Shown here: positions 49,802-60,186 of the stretch, in pieces | Layout: each line of letters starts with the position of its first letter | Numbering within the stretch: the first letter of the stretch is position 1 | Source of the DNA: Hormoscilla sp. | Lineage (GTDB): Bacteria > Cyanobacteriota > Cyanobacteriia > Cyanobacteriales > Desertifilaceae | DNA: 64,000 nucleotides | Direction of reading: 5' to 3' | Assembly (NCBI GenBank): GCA_051439505.1 | Contig: JBFRWI010000228.1 | Coordinates: 1-64,000, forward strand | Position numbers and translations under genes: made by a program | Notes under the pieces: model-generated | What the model was told of the DNA's origin: nothing | Database searches by the model: none | The model's input: only the letters and a program-made list of their open reading frames with translations

Positions 49802-50461
49802 ATGAAAGCATTTGTAGCAGGAGCAACAGGTGAGACGGGACGCCGCATTGTCCGAGAACTGGTGGGGCGATCGATCCCGGTGCGGGCGCTGGTGCGGAAT
49901 TTAGAGACCGCTAGTTCAATTCTACCGGCAGAGGCCGAGTTAATAACCGGCGATGTGCTCAACCCAGATAGCATCGCCAGGGCGATGGGAGACAGCACGG
50001 TGCTGCTTTGTGCCACCGGTGCTCAACCCAGCTTGGACCCCAGCGGTCCCTACAGGGTGGACTATGAAGGCACCAAGCATCTGGTAGATGTGGCGAAAGT
50101 GAAGGGAATTGAGCATTTTGTCATCGTATCTTCTCTGTGCGTTTCTCAGCTATTCCATCCCCTCAACTTGTTTTGGTTGATTTTGTGGTGGAAGCTGCAA
50201 GCAGAGGAATATATCCGCAACAGTGGTTTGACTTACACGATCGTCCGACCGGGTGGCCTGACAAATACCGACAACAACGATCCCATAGTCATGTCAGGGG
50301 CGGATACCCTGTTTGATGGCAGAATTCCTCGGACCCAAGTAGCACGGGTATGCGTGGAGGCCCTCTATCAACCAGCGGCCCGCAATAAAATAGTGGAAAT
50401 AGTGACGAAGGCCCAAGGGCCAAGTCAGACTTTTGAGCAATTATTTGCCAGTGTGGTATGA
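49802..50461 (+). CDS. NAD(P)-binding atypical SDR (NmrA-like)
   Basis: MKAFVAGATGETG, VDYEGT, YTIVRPGGL. Confidence 0.88.
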   Translation: MKAFVAGATGETGRRIVRELVGRSIPVRALVRNLETASSILPAEAELITGDVLNPDSIARAMGDSTVLLCATGAQPSLDPSGPYRVDYEGTKHLVDVAKVKGIEHFVIVSSLCVSQLFHPLNLFWLILWWKLQAEEYIRNSGLTYTIVRPGGLTNTDNNDPIVMSGADTLFDGRIPRTQVARVCVEALYQPAARNKIVEIVTKAQGPSQTFEQLFASVV

Positions 50462-51102
50462 GAGAGAAAAAAAAAGTGATTATTGCTGGTGGCTTAGTAG
50501 CGATCGGGTTGATATTGTTACAGCCATCTTGGCGTTCATTATGGAGGCCAACAGAGGATAGATCGAGCCCCACGCAAGTTCTACGGGGCGCGAGAAAGCC
50601 CCTGGCCATGAAAGGAGGCGACCCTTACATTCGGGCGTTGATGCGAACCATCTCTGCCAGCGAATCGAACTATCCTCAACCCTATGGGGTTTTGTATGGG
50701 GGCAAACAGGCGGAAGACCTGAGGAGCCATCCAGATATATGCATAACTATTGTGGCGGGACCAAATCGGGGAAATTGCACTACGGCGGCGGGTCGCTATC
50801 AGTTTCTGACTACGACTTGGATAGAAAAGGCGAGGCGGTATCATCCCAGGCCCTGGAGGTTTCTGCTTTGGGAGTCTTATAGTTTTGAACCGCAATATCA
50901 GGATGCGGTACTCCATGACTGGCTGAGTGACTATTATGCTTGGGAAGCGGATATTCCCCAATTGCTGCGAGAAGGAGAATTGGATTACGTGTTCCGGTTG
51001 CTGTCGGGGACTTGGACGAGTTTGGGCTACGGCATTGAGAGTAACTCAATGACGCCCTATCTGCCACAGATTTATCAGCAAGTGCTTGCAGAAGAACTTT
51101 AA
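50458..51102 (+). CDS. Lambda-type lysozyme/muramidase-like glycoside hydrolase with N-terminal anchor
   Basis: RALMRTISASES, TTAAGRYQFL.TTW, F.P.YQD, TWTSL. Confidence 0.8.
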   Translation: MREKKKVIIAGGLVAIGLILLQPSWRSLWRPTEDRSSPTQVLRGARKPLAMKGGDPYIRALMRTISASESNYPQPYGVLYGGKQAEDLRSHPDICITIVAGPNRGNCTTAAGRYQFLTTTWIEKARRYHPRPWRFLLWESYSFEPQYQDAVLHDWLSDYYAWEADIPQLLREGELDYVFRLLSGTWTSLGYGIESNSMTPYLPQIYQQVLAEEL

Positions 51103-51222
51103 CAAATTTACTGCCAATGAGGAAAAATGTACTACTATAGATAATTGGGCCTTCGATGCCTTCGGGATGCTTTGCAAAAAACCCTCCGGCATCGCTGCAA
51201 TAACTGAAAAGGGGTGGGATCA

Positions 51223-51435
51223 ATGGTAACTTTAAGCATTTCTAAGCAGGAGATTTCCCAAATGACAGGGGCGGATGTGGCAGAACTGGCCGCACGTCTG
51301 GAACGGGATGAGTATAGTAACGTGTTTGAAGGGTTGCAGGATTGGCATCTGCTACGGGCGATCGCCTTTCAGCGTCCGGAGTTGGTCGAACCCTACATGG
51401 AATTGCTAGACTTGGAAGCTTACGATGAAGCATGA
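51223..51435 (+). CDS. DUF2555 family protein
   Basis: [11 protein letters not shown]...[23 protein letters not shown]. Confidence 0.75.
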   Translation: MVTLSISKQEISQMTGADVAELAARLERDEYSNVFEGLQDWHLLRAIAFQRPELVEPYMELLDLEAYDEA

Positions 51436-52636
51436 AGGACATGAACGGGTTTTGATTGGCATCACTGGCGGGATTGCGGCTTATAAGGTATGCGAGGTAA
51501 TTTCAACTCTAGCAAAGGCTGGGGTGCAAGTGCGGGCAATTGTGACCCAAAAAGCTACCGAATTTATCACGCCCCTGACGGTGGCGACTCTCTGTCGCCA
51601 TCAAGCTTACATTGATTCCGATTTCTGGCAAGCGATTCACGGACGTCCGCTGCATATTGAGTTGGGAGAATGGGCGCAGCTGTTGGCGATCGCGCCATTA
51701 ACGGCAAATACGCTGGCAAAGTTAACCTCTGGTTTTGCGGATAATTTGCTGACAAATACGGTATTAGCTTCTACTTGTCCGATCTTGTTGGCACCAGCAA
51801 TGAATACGGATATGTGGTCCCAGCAGATCGTGCAGAAAAATTGGCAAGAGTTACTCCGAGATCGCCGCTATCATAGTGCGGGCATGGGGACTGGCATCCT
51901 GGCGTGCGATCGGGTGGGTGCCGGGCGGATGGCAGAGCCCACTGATATTATTGCTCATATCTATTCTCTCTTACATACTAACGGAAAACGAGATTTAGCA
52001 GGCAAGCGGGTGTTAATTAGTGCGGGGGGAACGCGGGAACATCTGGACCCAGTGCGCTTTATTGGCAATCCTGCTACTGGTAAGATGGGATTGGCATTGG
52101 CCCGGGCCGCAGTTCATCGAGGGGCGGCGGTAACTTTGGTACATGGGGGTTTGCCATCCTTACCAGAATTGGAGATGAAAGCTATCTCGGTTGTCAGCGC
52201 TGCGGAAATGCGATCGCACCTGCTGCGTTGCTTTCCGGAAGCAGATATTACAATTATGGCAGCAGCCGTGGCAGATGTCAAGCCCGTTACCTATGCTGCG
52301 GAAAAGTTACCGAAAAAGTTACTGCCTGGGGCTTTAGAATTAGAACCAGTACCCGATATCATAGCAGAGTTGGGCACGATGAAGCAACCCCATCAAAAGT
52401 TAATTGGTTTTGCTGCCCAAACTGGAGATATTGTTAAGCCGGCTTGGGAAAAGTTGCAACGGAAAAAGTTGGATGCGATCGCGGCAAACCCGATCGATCT
52501 TCCCAATGCGGGGTTTGGCGGGGATACAAATCAAGCTATATTTTTAGATGCGACAGGACGCCAGCAGGAAATCCCAGCTTGTAGTAAATTGGAGATGGCT
52601 CACAATTTGTTGGATTTTATTCACACTCTGTGTTAA
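51425..52636 (+). CDS. coaBC: Phosphopantothenoylcysteine decarboxylase/synthetase
   Basis: [49 protein letters not shown]. Confidence 0.96.
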   Translation: MKHEGHERVLIGITGGIAAYKVCEVISTLAKAGVQVRAIVTQKATEFITPLTVATLCRHQAYIDSDFWQAIHGRPLHIELGEWAQLLAIAPLTANTLAKLTSGFADNLLTNTVLASTCPILLAPAMNTDMWSQQIVQKNWQELLRDRRYHSAGMGTGILACDRVGAGRMAEPTDIIAHIYSLLHTNGKRDLAGKRVLISAGGTREHLDPVRFIGNPATGKMGLALARAAVHRGAAVTLVHGGLPSLPELEMKAISVVSAAEMRSHLLRCFPEADITIMAAAVADVKPVTYAAEKLPKKLLPGALELEPVPDIIAELGTMKQPHQKLIGFAAQTGDIVKPAWEKLQRKKLDAIAANPIDLPNAGFGGDTNQAIFLDATGRQQEIPACSKLEMAHNLLDFIHTLC

Positions 52637-52682
52637 AATTAAGCAGGACGAGAGTAGAAGATGAATTAGGGAGGGATCGAAG

Positions 52683-52892
52683 ATGACAGAGGATATTTTT
52701 CATAATCCTATCAAACAAGTAGATAGTTTGAGTAATGTTAGAGAAGATCGGGTGGTGGGGAAGCCAAAATCGTTAAAGGCGATGATCGGAACGGGTAAAG
52801 GATGTTTTAAGACGCCTCAAGAAGCTGATGACTTTATTCGTAGGGAACGAGATAAATGGCCATTTAAAATGCAATTCGCGGCGAGTCGATAA
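52683..52892 (+). CDS. Small antitoxin-like protein, followed by a decayed toxin start
   Basis: IGTGKGCFKTPQEADDFIRRERDKW; overlapping MAI*NAIRGES resembles a broken PIN-toxin N-terminus. Confidence 0.5.
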   Translation: MTEDIFHNPIKQVDSLSNVREDRVVGKPKSLKAMIGTGKGCFKTPQEADDFIRRERDKWPFKMQFAASR

Positions 52893-53179
52893 TGAATATA
52901 TGGTACAATAGTAGAGTAAATCATAAAGCGATCGGGCTAGCAGGGACCGGTGATCGCAAAATCGCTAGCCTGAAAATTATCCCATTTTGTCAAAACAATG
53001 CTACAATTACTTGAAGATTAGATTGTTAGTCGGTTTCAACCGACTTTAGCTATTAGCCGGGGGTTTGAACCCCCGGCGGGCTGACGGCAAAGTGAGAGAA
53101 CTTTCGCGGAAGAAGTGTAGCAACATTTGCCGACATTTGGTATTATTGTAGAACCATTCAATTTGTGAGATTATCTGAT

Positions 53180-55444
53180 ATGTCATTTAGCTTTGGGGTA
53201 CAAAAGGATCCAATTTACGGGACTTACGGCGAGTTTACCATCGGTGCGGAAGAGAACCAAGTAAGGGCCCAATTTCTATTGACAAAAATGAAACCCGGAA
53301 CGGAGGGGAGTTGGGAAAATGCCCTGGCAGACCAGATGGTGCCTTGGCGTGAAGTATTTAATATCGAAGAGATGACTTTTGACGAACTTCTACAGCGCGA
53401 TCTAGATGATTCTCGGGTTGTCCACGAACTGATCCCCTATTTACTTGGAGAGTCAGGGGCTTTCGCCAGATTTTTCCCACCAATTCTGGCAGTAATAGCA
53501 CCCAAAAAGGCAGAAAAAACTGGAATTATGCCTTACTATCCGGTTCCCAGGACGCCAACGGCAGAATTGGTTAGCTTTGGAGATGTCTTTGATTTTGAGA
53601 AGACTGTAATTGATGGTCAGGTGAGTCCTCTGGGAATCATCAAATACAATCGCTCAAAAACATCCTTCATCATAGTAGACGGTCAACACCGGGCCATGGC
53701 AGTTTTGGCATTACACCGACAGATTAATAAGACCTGGAAGGAGAATAAATATGCTGGTTTTTACAATCATCTTGCCCTCAGGGAAAGTGCAATCAAAAAC
53801 ATTGAACTACCTGTATGCGTTGTTTTTTTTCCGGACATACATGCAGGAAATGAAGTCTGCCAGCAGAAGGGAATTAATCTGCAAGCTGTGTGCCGGGAGA
53901 TATTTGTAGTCGTCAATAAGAAAGCCAAGCAAGTTAGCGAATCACGGGAACTCCTGCTGGACGACGAGGATTTAGCAGCCAGGATGATGCGTGAAACTCT
54001 ATCCTTACTCAAAGATCGCGGCGAGGAGGACGCCTCAGTTGCTCACGTCTATTCTTTCGACTATGGAGATGCAGTATCCACGGAAGTGGTAGCCGGTCAA
54101 CTTGAATATACTTCTGCTGTAGCGTTGCACAAGATGCACGCAGCAGTTGCCTTCGGGATGCAAGAAGCTTTCCAACTCGACCAGAACAAAAATGTCGCCG
54201 ATGGGGGCAAGACTCTTAACTCAAAGCGACCTGCTGAGATTTTGATCGGCACTAAACTCGACAAGTGGTCTTCACTTTCCCGTCGTTCTGGGAGATATCA
54301 CCATCCTGATGAAGTGGAAGAAGCTGTCAAGCTATTAGCCAAGATTTTGGATGTCGTGATGCTGCCACTTTTCGATAGCTTCCGACCCTTCGCCGTCCAC
54401 AACTCGGAAATGAGAGCTTTACGCACTCGTTTAAAGGATGCAGACTTGATCGCAGATCCCATCGAACGCAAGTGCTTCAGACTCCTGTTTGAAGGCAGCG
54501 GTGTCAGAAAAGTTTTTGAAGAACACAAGCAGCGACTGAGCGATCGCAAAAAGCAACACAAGGAAGAAGGACGAGATATCGGAGATTACGTTAGAAATCA
54601 GCTCAAGGATGCTAAGATGGCTTCTGCTAGACTCAAGCGGTACGAAGAGGATATCAAGGGGCGAAGAGCGGCAAGGTTGTTCGCGATCGATTATGATAAA
54701 TTCTCCTCCACACAAGAAGAGACAAAAGAGTTACTTGACTGCGCTAGTTTGATTTATGAGACGATCTCCACACAAGCTTTTCAACTGGGGTACTTAATGG
54801 CGGTGCATTCAGTTGTCGAGCTGCTGCTAACGGCAGGTACGGAATACGATCGGCGTCTGAAGGTCATAGAATTTGTCTCCAGCATGTACTTAGCTGCGCT
54901 CAACCGGTATTTTTCTGCGGGTGCTGATGTTCAGCATCGCACTCTCAAGGGTTTTGTCAAGGAAAAAAGAGCTAGAGTCTTCGATCCCAATCAACCTAGT
55001 CTCCGAGGACTGCTTGCCAAGACGGTGAAAAATCTTGATGCCAGTCAGTGGGCTTTCTTTCGCTATGCAATTTTGGAGATTGTCCACTCTAAACACGCTT
55101 ATAAGGCACTCTTAGATAAATTAAACACCGCTAGCGATCCTACAATAGCACGTGCCTATAGGCGGGATCTCCCGAAGCTGACTGACTTAATTGATAGCTT
55201 GCGGTATCGATATATAAAATCATCTGTGGATACAGCGATAAAATCCTCAGAATTTAAGCAAGAAATTTTGCTGCTCAAGGTTATGTTACAGCGAGAGGGT
55301 AAGTCAGAAAACGAGATCGCTCAAAGCATCGCAAAAAAAGAAGATTCAAAGGTGGAAGAGGTCAAGGAACAATGTAAGCAGAATATTTCTGCCAGTTTAG
55401 GAGAATTTGCCGATGCCGATCGGATCGCGAACCGTCTGCTCTAG
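53180..55444 (+). CDS. Large DGQHR-domain (DndB-like) protein with long helical C-terminal region
   Basis: LLQRDLDDSRV, FFPPIL, IVDGQHRAMA, REIFVVVNK; likely ATG at 53180. Confidence 0.8.
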   Translation: MSFSFGVQKDPIYGTYGEFTIGAEENQVRAQFLLTKMKPGTEGSWENALADQMVPWREVFNIEEMTFDELLQRDLDDSRVVHELIPYLLGESGAFARFFPPILAVIAPKKAEKTGIMPYYPVPRTPTAELVSFGDVFDFEKTVIDGQVSPLGIIKYNRSKTSFIIVDGQHRAMAVLALHRQINKTWKENKYAGFYNHLALRESAIKNIELPVCVVFFPDIHAGNEVCQQKGINLQAVCREIFVVVNKKAKQVSESRELLLDDEDLAARMMRETLSLLKDRGEEDASVAHVYSFDYGDAVSTEVVAGQLEYTSAVALHKMHAAVAFGMQEAFQLDQNKNVADGGKTLNSKRPAEILIGTKLDKWSSLSRRSGRYHHPDEVEEAVKLLAKILDVVMLPLFDSFRPFAVHNSEMRALRTRLKDADLIADPIERKCFRLLFEGSGVRKVFEEHKQRLSDRKKQHKEEGRDIGDYVRNQLKDAKMASARLKRYEEDIKGRRAARLFAIDYDKFSSTQEETKELLDCASLIYETISTQAFQLGYLMAVHSVVELLLTAGTEYDRRLKVIEFVSSMYLAALNRYFSAGADVQHRTLKGFVKEKRARVFDPNQPSLRGLLAKTVKNLDASQWAFFRYAILEIVHSKHAYKALLDKLNTASDPTIARAYRRDLPKLTDLIDSLRYRYIKSSVDTAIKSSEFKQEILLLKVMLQREGKSENEIAQSIAKKEDSKVEEVKEQCKQNISASLGEFADADRIANRLL

Positions 55445-55512
55445 GGTTGTTAATGCCAGTGAAAACCGACTGAAAGCATTGTAGAGAAATGAAACAGCCC
55501 TGGTGGCCTCTT

Positions 55513-55680
55513 GAGAGGTCCAAAACCTCAACCGAGAGGTTTCAAACCTCAACGGAGAGGTCCAAAACCTCAACCGAGAGGTCCAAAACCTCAACCGAGA
55601 GGTTTCAAACCTCAACCGAGAGGTTTCAAACCTCAACCGAGAGGTCCAAAACCTCAACCGAGAGGTTTCAAACCTCAACC
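55513..55680. repeat. Eight tandem 21-bp units GAGAGGT(CCA/TTC)AAACCTCAACC
   Basis: Direct count; each unit contains a GAGGT/ACCTC mini-stem; no spacers. Confidence 0.92.
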
Positions 55681-56186
55681 GAGAACGGAGAACGGAGAAC
55701 TTACATGCGGAGGGGGCAAATTCACGCCCCCCTTCCGTTACAAGGCAGAGCCTCGTAACGAGGGGAGCCTGTTGGCGAATCGACTGGGGGGCGTCGCCCC
55801 CCAGCAACTCCAAACCATTATGAATCAATGATTTTCTCCCCTCTCCCTGCTCCCTGCTCCCTGCTCTCGCAGATCGCTCGTGGAAGGTAATTCGCCAACA
55901 ACATCCGAGGGGGGGTTTGGGAGGATCCCCTATACAACTAATGCATGACCACACCCGGTGCTAAGTTAATATTTCTTTACATTCAGGCTCCCGGTCAGTC
56001 AATCAGCTGTCCGGAAACATCCCCAGGCTGCGCCCTGCCGTCGTTGTGGCTGATGCGATCGGGTGGGGGCGAGAAACATCTTAACGATTCTTAATGTTAA
56101 TCGGAATCAAAAAGTTCTAAAGTATCTAAGGTAACAGTTTAGGCAGGCTGCCGGATAGTCAACTTTACACTCACCAAGAGGAACGT

Positions 56187-56936
56187 ATGAGTACAAATCT
56201 AGCCGCAAAATTGCGCGAAGGTACGAAAAAAGCCCACACGGCGGCAGAAAACATGGGTTTTATCAAGTGCTTCTTGAAGGGCACGGTTGAGAAAAACTCT
56301 TACCGGAAGCTAGCAGGGAACCTCTACTTCGTCTATTCAGCGATGGAAGAAGAGATGGAACGCCACCGCAACCACCCGATTATGGGTAAAATGTACTTTC
56401 CCGAGCTGAACCGCAAGGGCAGTCTGGAAAAAGACCTGACATACTACTATGGTGACAACTGGCGGGAAGAAGTGTCGCTCACGCCAGGGGGACAAGCTTA
56501 CGTGCAGCAGATCCGGGAGATTTCTGCTACGGAACCAGAACTGCTGATCGCTCACCTTTATACCCGCTACATGGGCGACTTGTCTGGAGGACAAATTCTC
56601 AAGAAAATTGCCCAAACAGGCATGAAATTGCAAGATGGGCAAGGAACGGCTTTCTACGAGTTCCCGGAAATTCCAGATGAGAAGGCGTTTAAGGCAAATT
56701 ATCGCCAAACTATGGATGATTTGCCAATCTCGGAGGCGACAGCAGATAAGATCGTCAAGACAGCTATTGCATCTTTTGAGCTGAACATGAAAATGTTCAA
56801 AGAGTTAGAAGGTAGCTTGATGAAGGCGATCGGTATTATGGTCTATCATGCTCTGATATGGGGTCGGATTCGCGGTAGCACGGAAACGAAAAAGAAAACG
56901 GAAAAGGAAACAGAACTGGCAACTGCTGACAGTTAA
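56187..56936 (+). CDS. ho1: Heme oxygenase (biliverdin-forming)
   Basis: LREGTKKAHT.AEN.GF, YTRYMGDLSGGQILK. Confidence 0.9.
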   Translation: MSTNLAAKLREGTKKAHTAAENMGFIKCFLKGTVEKNSYRKLAGNLYFVYSAMEEEMERHRNHPIMGKMYFPELNRKGSLEKDLTYYYGDNWREEVSLTPGGQAYVQQIREISATEPELLIAHLYTRYMGDLSGGQILKKIAQTGMKLQDGQGTAFYEFPEIPDEKAFKANYRQTMDDLPISEATADKIVKTAIASFELNMKMFKELEGSLMKAIGIMVYHALIWGRIRGSTETKKKTEKETELATADS

Positions 56937-57209
56937 AAATTAGTCCCGACGGCGATGCTGTTGACAAGTTGTAGTGGGGGTGCTATGGCATGAAACGCTA
57001 TATGCCTCGACTGGAACTTGACGACAGCATCGTATTTGTAAATGGCGAATGGTTAATGGCTAATAAGTAGGATGTAGGGTGGGCATTGCCCACCAATGAG
57101 AGCGATCGCCTTTGTCAGAAGCATGATATAATCGAGGTGGTTTCGTCAATGCTCCGCAATTGTAGAATGCAATCGCGGAGCTTTATTCCGTTAAAATAAG
57201 GAGAGTGAT

Positions 57210-57476
57210 ATGAATGAGTCTAAACGCCGGGCTTACTGGCGGGCAAACACGGATTTAATCAGAAATTTGCTGATTGTTTGGGCCCTAGTGTCCCTGGGAT
57301 GCAGTATTCTGCTAGTAGAACCTTTGAATGCTGTGCGTCTGGGTGGCGTACCTCTGGGTTTCTGGATGGCCCAGCAAGGTTCGATATTTGTGTTTGTTTC
57401 CCTGATCTTTATCTATGCTATTCAGATGGATAAGATCGAACGCAAATATAATAAGGATGAGAGAATTGAGAATTGA
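57210..57476 (+). CDS. DUF4212 small subunit of a solute:sodium symporter
   Basis: AYWRAN, PLGFWMAQQGSI. Confidence 0.85.
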   Translation: MNESKRRAYWRANTDLIRNLLIVWALVSLGCSILLVEPLNAVRLGGVPLGFWMAQQGSIFVFVSLIFIYAIQMDKIERKYNKDERIEN

Positions 57477-57528
57477 GAATTGAGAATTGAGAATAATTGT
57501 GTGGGAAAAATTAATATGAGGGTAAAAG

Positions 57529-58290
57529 ATGTCTGTTGAAGTATGGACTTTTTTATTTGTGACGATTTCGTTTATGCTCTATCTTTATATAGGTTGGCGA
57601 TCGCGCGTCCGGGACAGCGCTGCGCGCCGCTGCGCGATCGGAGGGTTTTTTTGTGGCCGATCGGGGGGTGCCCGCGATCGCGAATGGGGCGGCGACTGCT
57701 GCTGACTGGATGTCCGCTGCTTCCTTTATCTCCATGGCGGGATTAATTTCCTTCCTGGGTTCTATCTATCTGATGGGTTGGACTGGGGGATATGTACTCC
57801 TGGCGTTGCTTTTAGCTCCCTATCTGCGCAAGTTTGGCAAGTATACTGTACCGGATTTTGTGGGCGATCGCTATTACTCTAATGTGGCCCGCATTGTTGC
57901 CGCGATCGCGGCGATTTTTGTGTCCCTCACCTACGTAGCGGGTTTGCCTTTGGTTTAGCAGCAGCAAGCTTTTTCCCCGTTATTATCTTAGGCGTATTTG
58001 ACAAGCGTACCAACCGGGAAGGGGCGATCGCGGGGATGTTAGTGGGGTTAATTTTCACCGCAGCTTACATCATCGGGGTAAAATTCTACGGGATGGATAC
58101 ATGGTTTTTCGGAGTTTCTGCAGAAGGAATTGGCACCGTGGGGATGGTACTCAATTTTGTAGTAACTTTAATTGTCTCGCGCCTGACGCCAGCACCCCCA
58201 GCGGAAATTCAGGAGATGGTAGAGGTATTGCGGACCCCTGGAGACGAACCGCCAGCACTTGCAGAAGTGGGCGAAGAACAGTTAGATTAA
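57529..58290 (+). pseudogene. Sodium:solute symporter (ActP-like), disrupted
   Basis: [15 protein letters not shown], a short GC palindrome insertion at ~57616-57640, [12 protein letters not shown]..., then a jump at ~57945 to [11 protein letters not shown]; most of the middle is missing. Confidence 0.85.
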
Positions 58291-58659
58291 AATTTGTGCT
58301 CGCTTTCTCGTTCCCTGGGAGAGTCAGGGAACGAACAGAGTAGGTTATGCTATAATAGTTCTAGAACCCAAAACAAAGCTGTAAAATGTTATGGGATCTC
58401 AAACAGCGATTTTGTGGATTTGGTCACTCCCTTAAAAACCGCAAATTCTTTGGGTGACTTGTGGCCATGTCACTAATCTATATCTTCGATAAATGTTTAC
58501 CAATACCTTTCCAGAAGCCTTATCGCTACTCCAAGCTGGTGAACAGATTGTGGAAATTGGCGATCGCCCTTAAACTATGATTCTCTACGGGGGTTTCGCA
58601 GTTGCTCGAATCACCCGAACGAGATATAATATAGCAGTTTACTGACACTAAGATAGTCC

Positions 58660-58899
58660 ATGTCTACTTATAATCAGGTACTCAGCCTCGCAAAGAACCT
58701 CTCGTCCGACGAGCAACTGCGACTGTTATCGGAATTAGCTATGCAGCTTCGTGACTCAATGGCATCGGACCCCGATCGCAGTTTGGTAAAATCGGTAAAA
58801 TCGCCAGATACAGGGAAAAATAAATGGCGGGGCTTTTTGCCAGAACGGGTGGATGCTTTGGAGTTCCAGCTAGCAATTAGGAGGGAATGGGGTGAGTAA
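58660..58899 (+). CDS. Small antitoxin-like hypothetical protein
   Basis: 79 aa; ends WRGFLPERVDALEFQLAIRREW; N-terminus duplicated at 61424. Confidence 0.55.
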   Translation: MSTYNQVLSLAKNLSSDEQLRLLSELAMQLRDSMASDPDRSLVKSVKSPDTGKNKWRGFLPERVDALEFQLAIRREWGE

Positions 58900-59010
58900 A
58901 GGCAGCCCTTTCAACCTGTATTAATACCGCAATTGATGATTGAACTAAATCATATCAAACTATTGGTTTTTGACCCGGAAGCGAAGGAGGTACTCCAATG
59001 GACAGCATAG
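58900..59010 (+). pseudogene. XisH C-terminal remnant
   Basis: Translates QLMIELNHIKLLVFDPEAKEVLQWTA*, overlapping the xisI start. Confidence 0.6.
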
Positions 59011-59333
59011 AATTATATCGATATCCGATCGAACAAGTCCTGAGAAAACACGCTGATATTCCTTATTCTTTAGACAAGATTGATGAGTATTTGATTGTCG
59101 ATCGCGATCGCAATCATTTTTTGCTGTTGGATGTAGGGTGGCAGCAAAAACGCCGGGTCCACGGATGCCTTACCCACGTTCAGATTATTGATGGTAAAAT
59201 CTGGATTCAACGGGATGGTATCGAAGATGGTATCACAGAAGAATTGGTCGAAGCGGGTATTCCTAAATCAGATATTGTGCTGGGGTTTCATCCACCGGAG
59301 GTTCGTCATTATACGGGTTACGCGATCGCCTGA
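58998..59333 (+). CDS. xisI: XisI-family protein
   Basis: DRDRNHFLLL.VGW..RVHG...H..I.DGKIWIQ.DG.E.GI..EL...GIPK.DIVLGF. Confidence 0.88.
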   Translation: MDSIELYRYPIEQVLRKHADIPYSLDKIDEYLIVDRDRNHFLLLDVGWQQKRRVHGCLTHVQIIDGKIWIQRDGIEDGITEELVEAGIPKSDIVLGFHPPEVRHYTGYAIA

Positions 59334-59445
59334 TGACGCCCGATCACCCATAAGCTGCCGGTTTGGTCTGGGCACGAAACCCAACCGCATTAACGCCTAA
59401 ATTATTATATCATAGGAATTCCAGAATGAAATTAAATGACAGGTT

Positions 59446-59811
59446 ATGGAACCAACAGAAGCTCAATACCTGATTATTAACGCTCTAGAAACCTTGGAAC
59501 TGCTCGATCAGCAAACATTCGATCGGGATACGGGTATTTGGTATATCAGCACTCCTAGCCCGGCTCTGACAATTGCTATGATATTGCCCAGTGGTGATAT
59601 TGCGAGAGTGAATTTACCAGTTAACCTCCCTTTACAAAGAACAGACGCTCAAACCATGATTGTTAATGCGCTTTCAACTTTGGAACTACTTCAGCAACGC
59701 TTCCTTGACCGGGAAACAGGGAATTTGTACATCCGCACCCCCAGTAGGGTGCTACCAATTGCTATAATATCACCAAGTGGCGATCTTGTACCAACTGATT
59801 GGATGTTATAA
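59446..59811 (+). CDS. Hypothetical protein built from two ~55-aa tandem repeats
   Basis: TEAQ..IINALETLELL..FDRDTG..YI.TPS..L.IA.I.PSGD occurs twice. Confidence 0.65.
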   Translation: MEPTEAQYLIINALETLELLDQQTFDRDTGIWYISTPSPALTIAMILPSGDIARVNLPVNLPLQRTDAQTMIVNALSTLELLQQRFLDRETGNLYIRTPSRVLPIAIISPSGDLVPTDWML

Positions 59812-59812
59812 C

Positions 59813-60053
59813 TATGAGAGAACCTACGGAACTAGAAAAACAACAGTATCAGCGGATGATAGAAATCTCAGATATGGCACGACAGCGATATCTAGACGCT
59901 GGAGGCGATCCTCGACGTGCAGCAGATGAGAAATACTTGACAGATTCGGAAAAGGATGAATACTTTAAATTAGGACGACAGGTTTTTGGCATTCAAGTCA
60001 TCAATGGTGAAGTCCATTGTCAAGGAAGGGTCTGGCAGTTGCCTCGTTCCTAG
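59813..60053 (+). CDS. Small hypothetical protein
   Basis: MREPTELEKQ..ARQRYLDAGGDP; directly follows the 59446 gene. Confidence 0.55.
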
Positions 60054-60186
60054 TGTAGTCGCGATGGAAGGATGTAAGAAGAGGGGTGTTTCGTACCCTG
60101 ACAAGAGGCAGATACTCGTTCCGGCGCGTTTTCTGCTAGAATCAGGGAACGAGATCCAATATAGCAGTTTACTGACAGCAAGATAA

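Noticed and set aside
50458..51102. Prophage lysis gene
   Set aside because: No other phage genes; it lies among ordinary chromosomal genes leading to coaBC
55513..55680. Possible CRISPR array, or proteins 55489..55758, 55511..55831 and 55397..55954
   Set aside because: No spacers; the ORFs are translations of a stop-free minisatellite
58900..59333. fdxN-type excision element implying heterocyst DNA rearrangement
   Set aside because: XisH/XisI homologues are widespread in cyanobacteria; XisH is truncated and no recombinase is present
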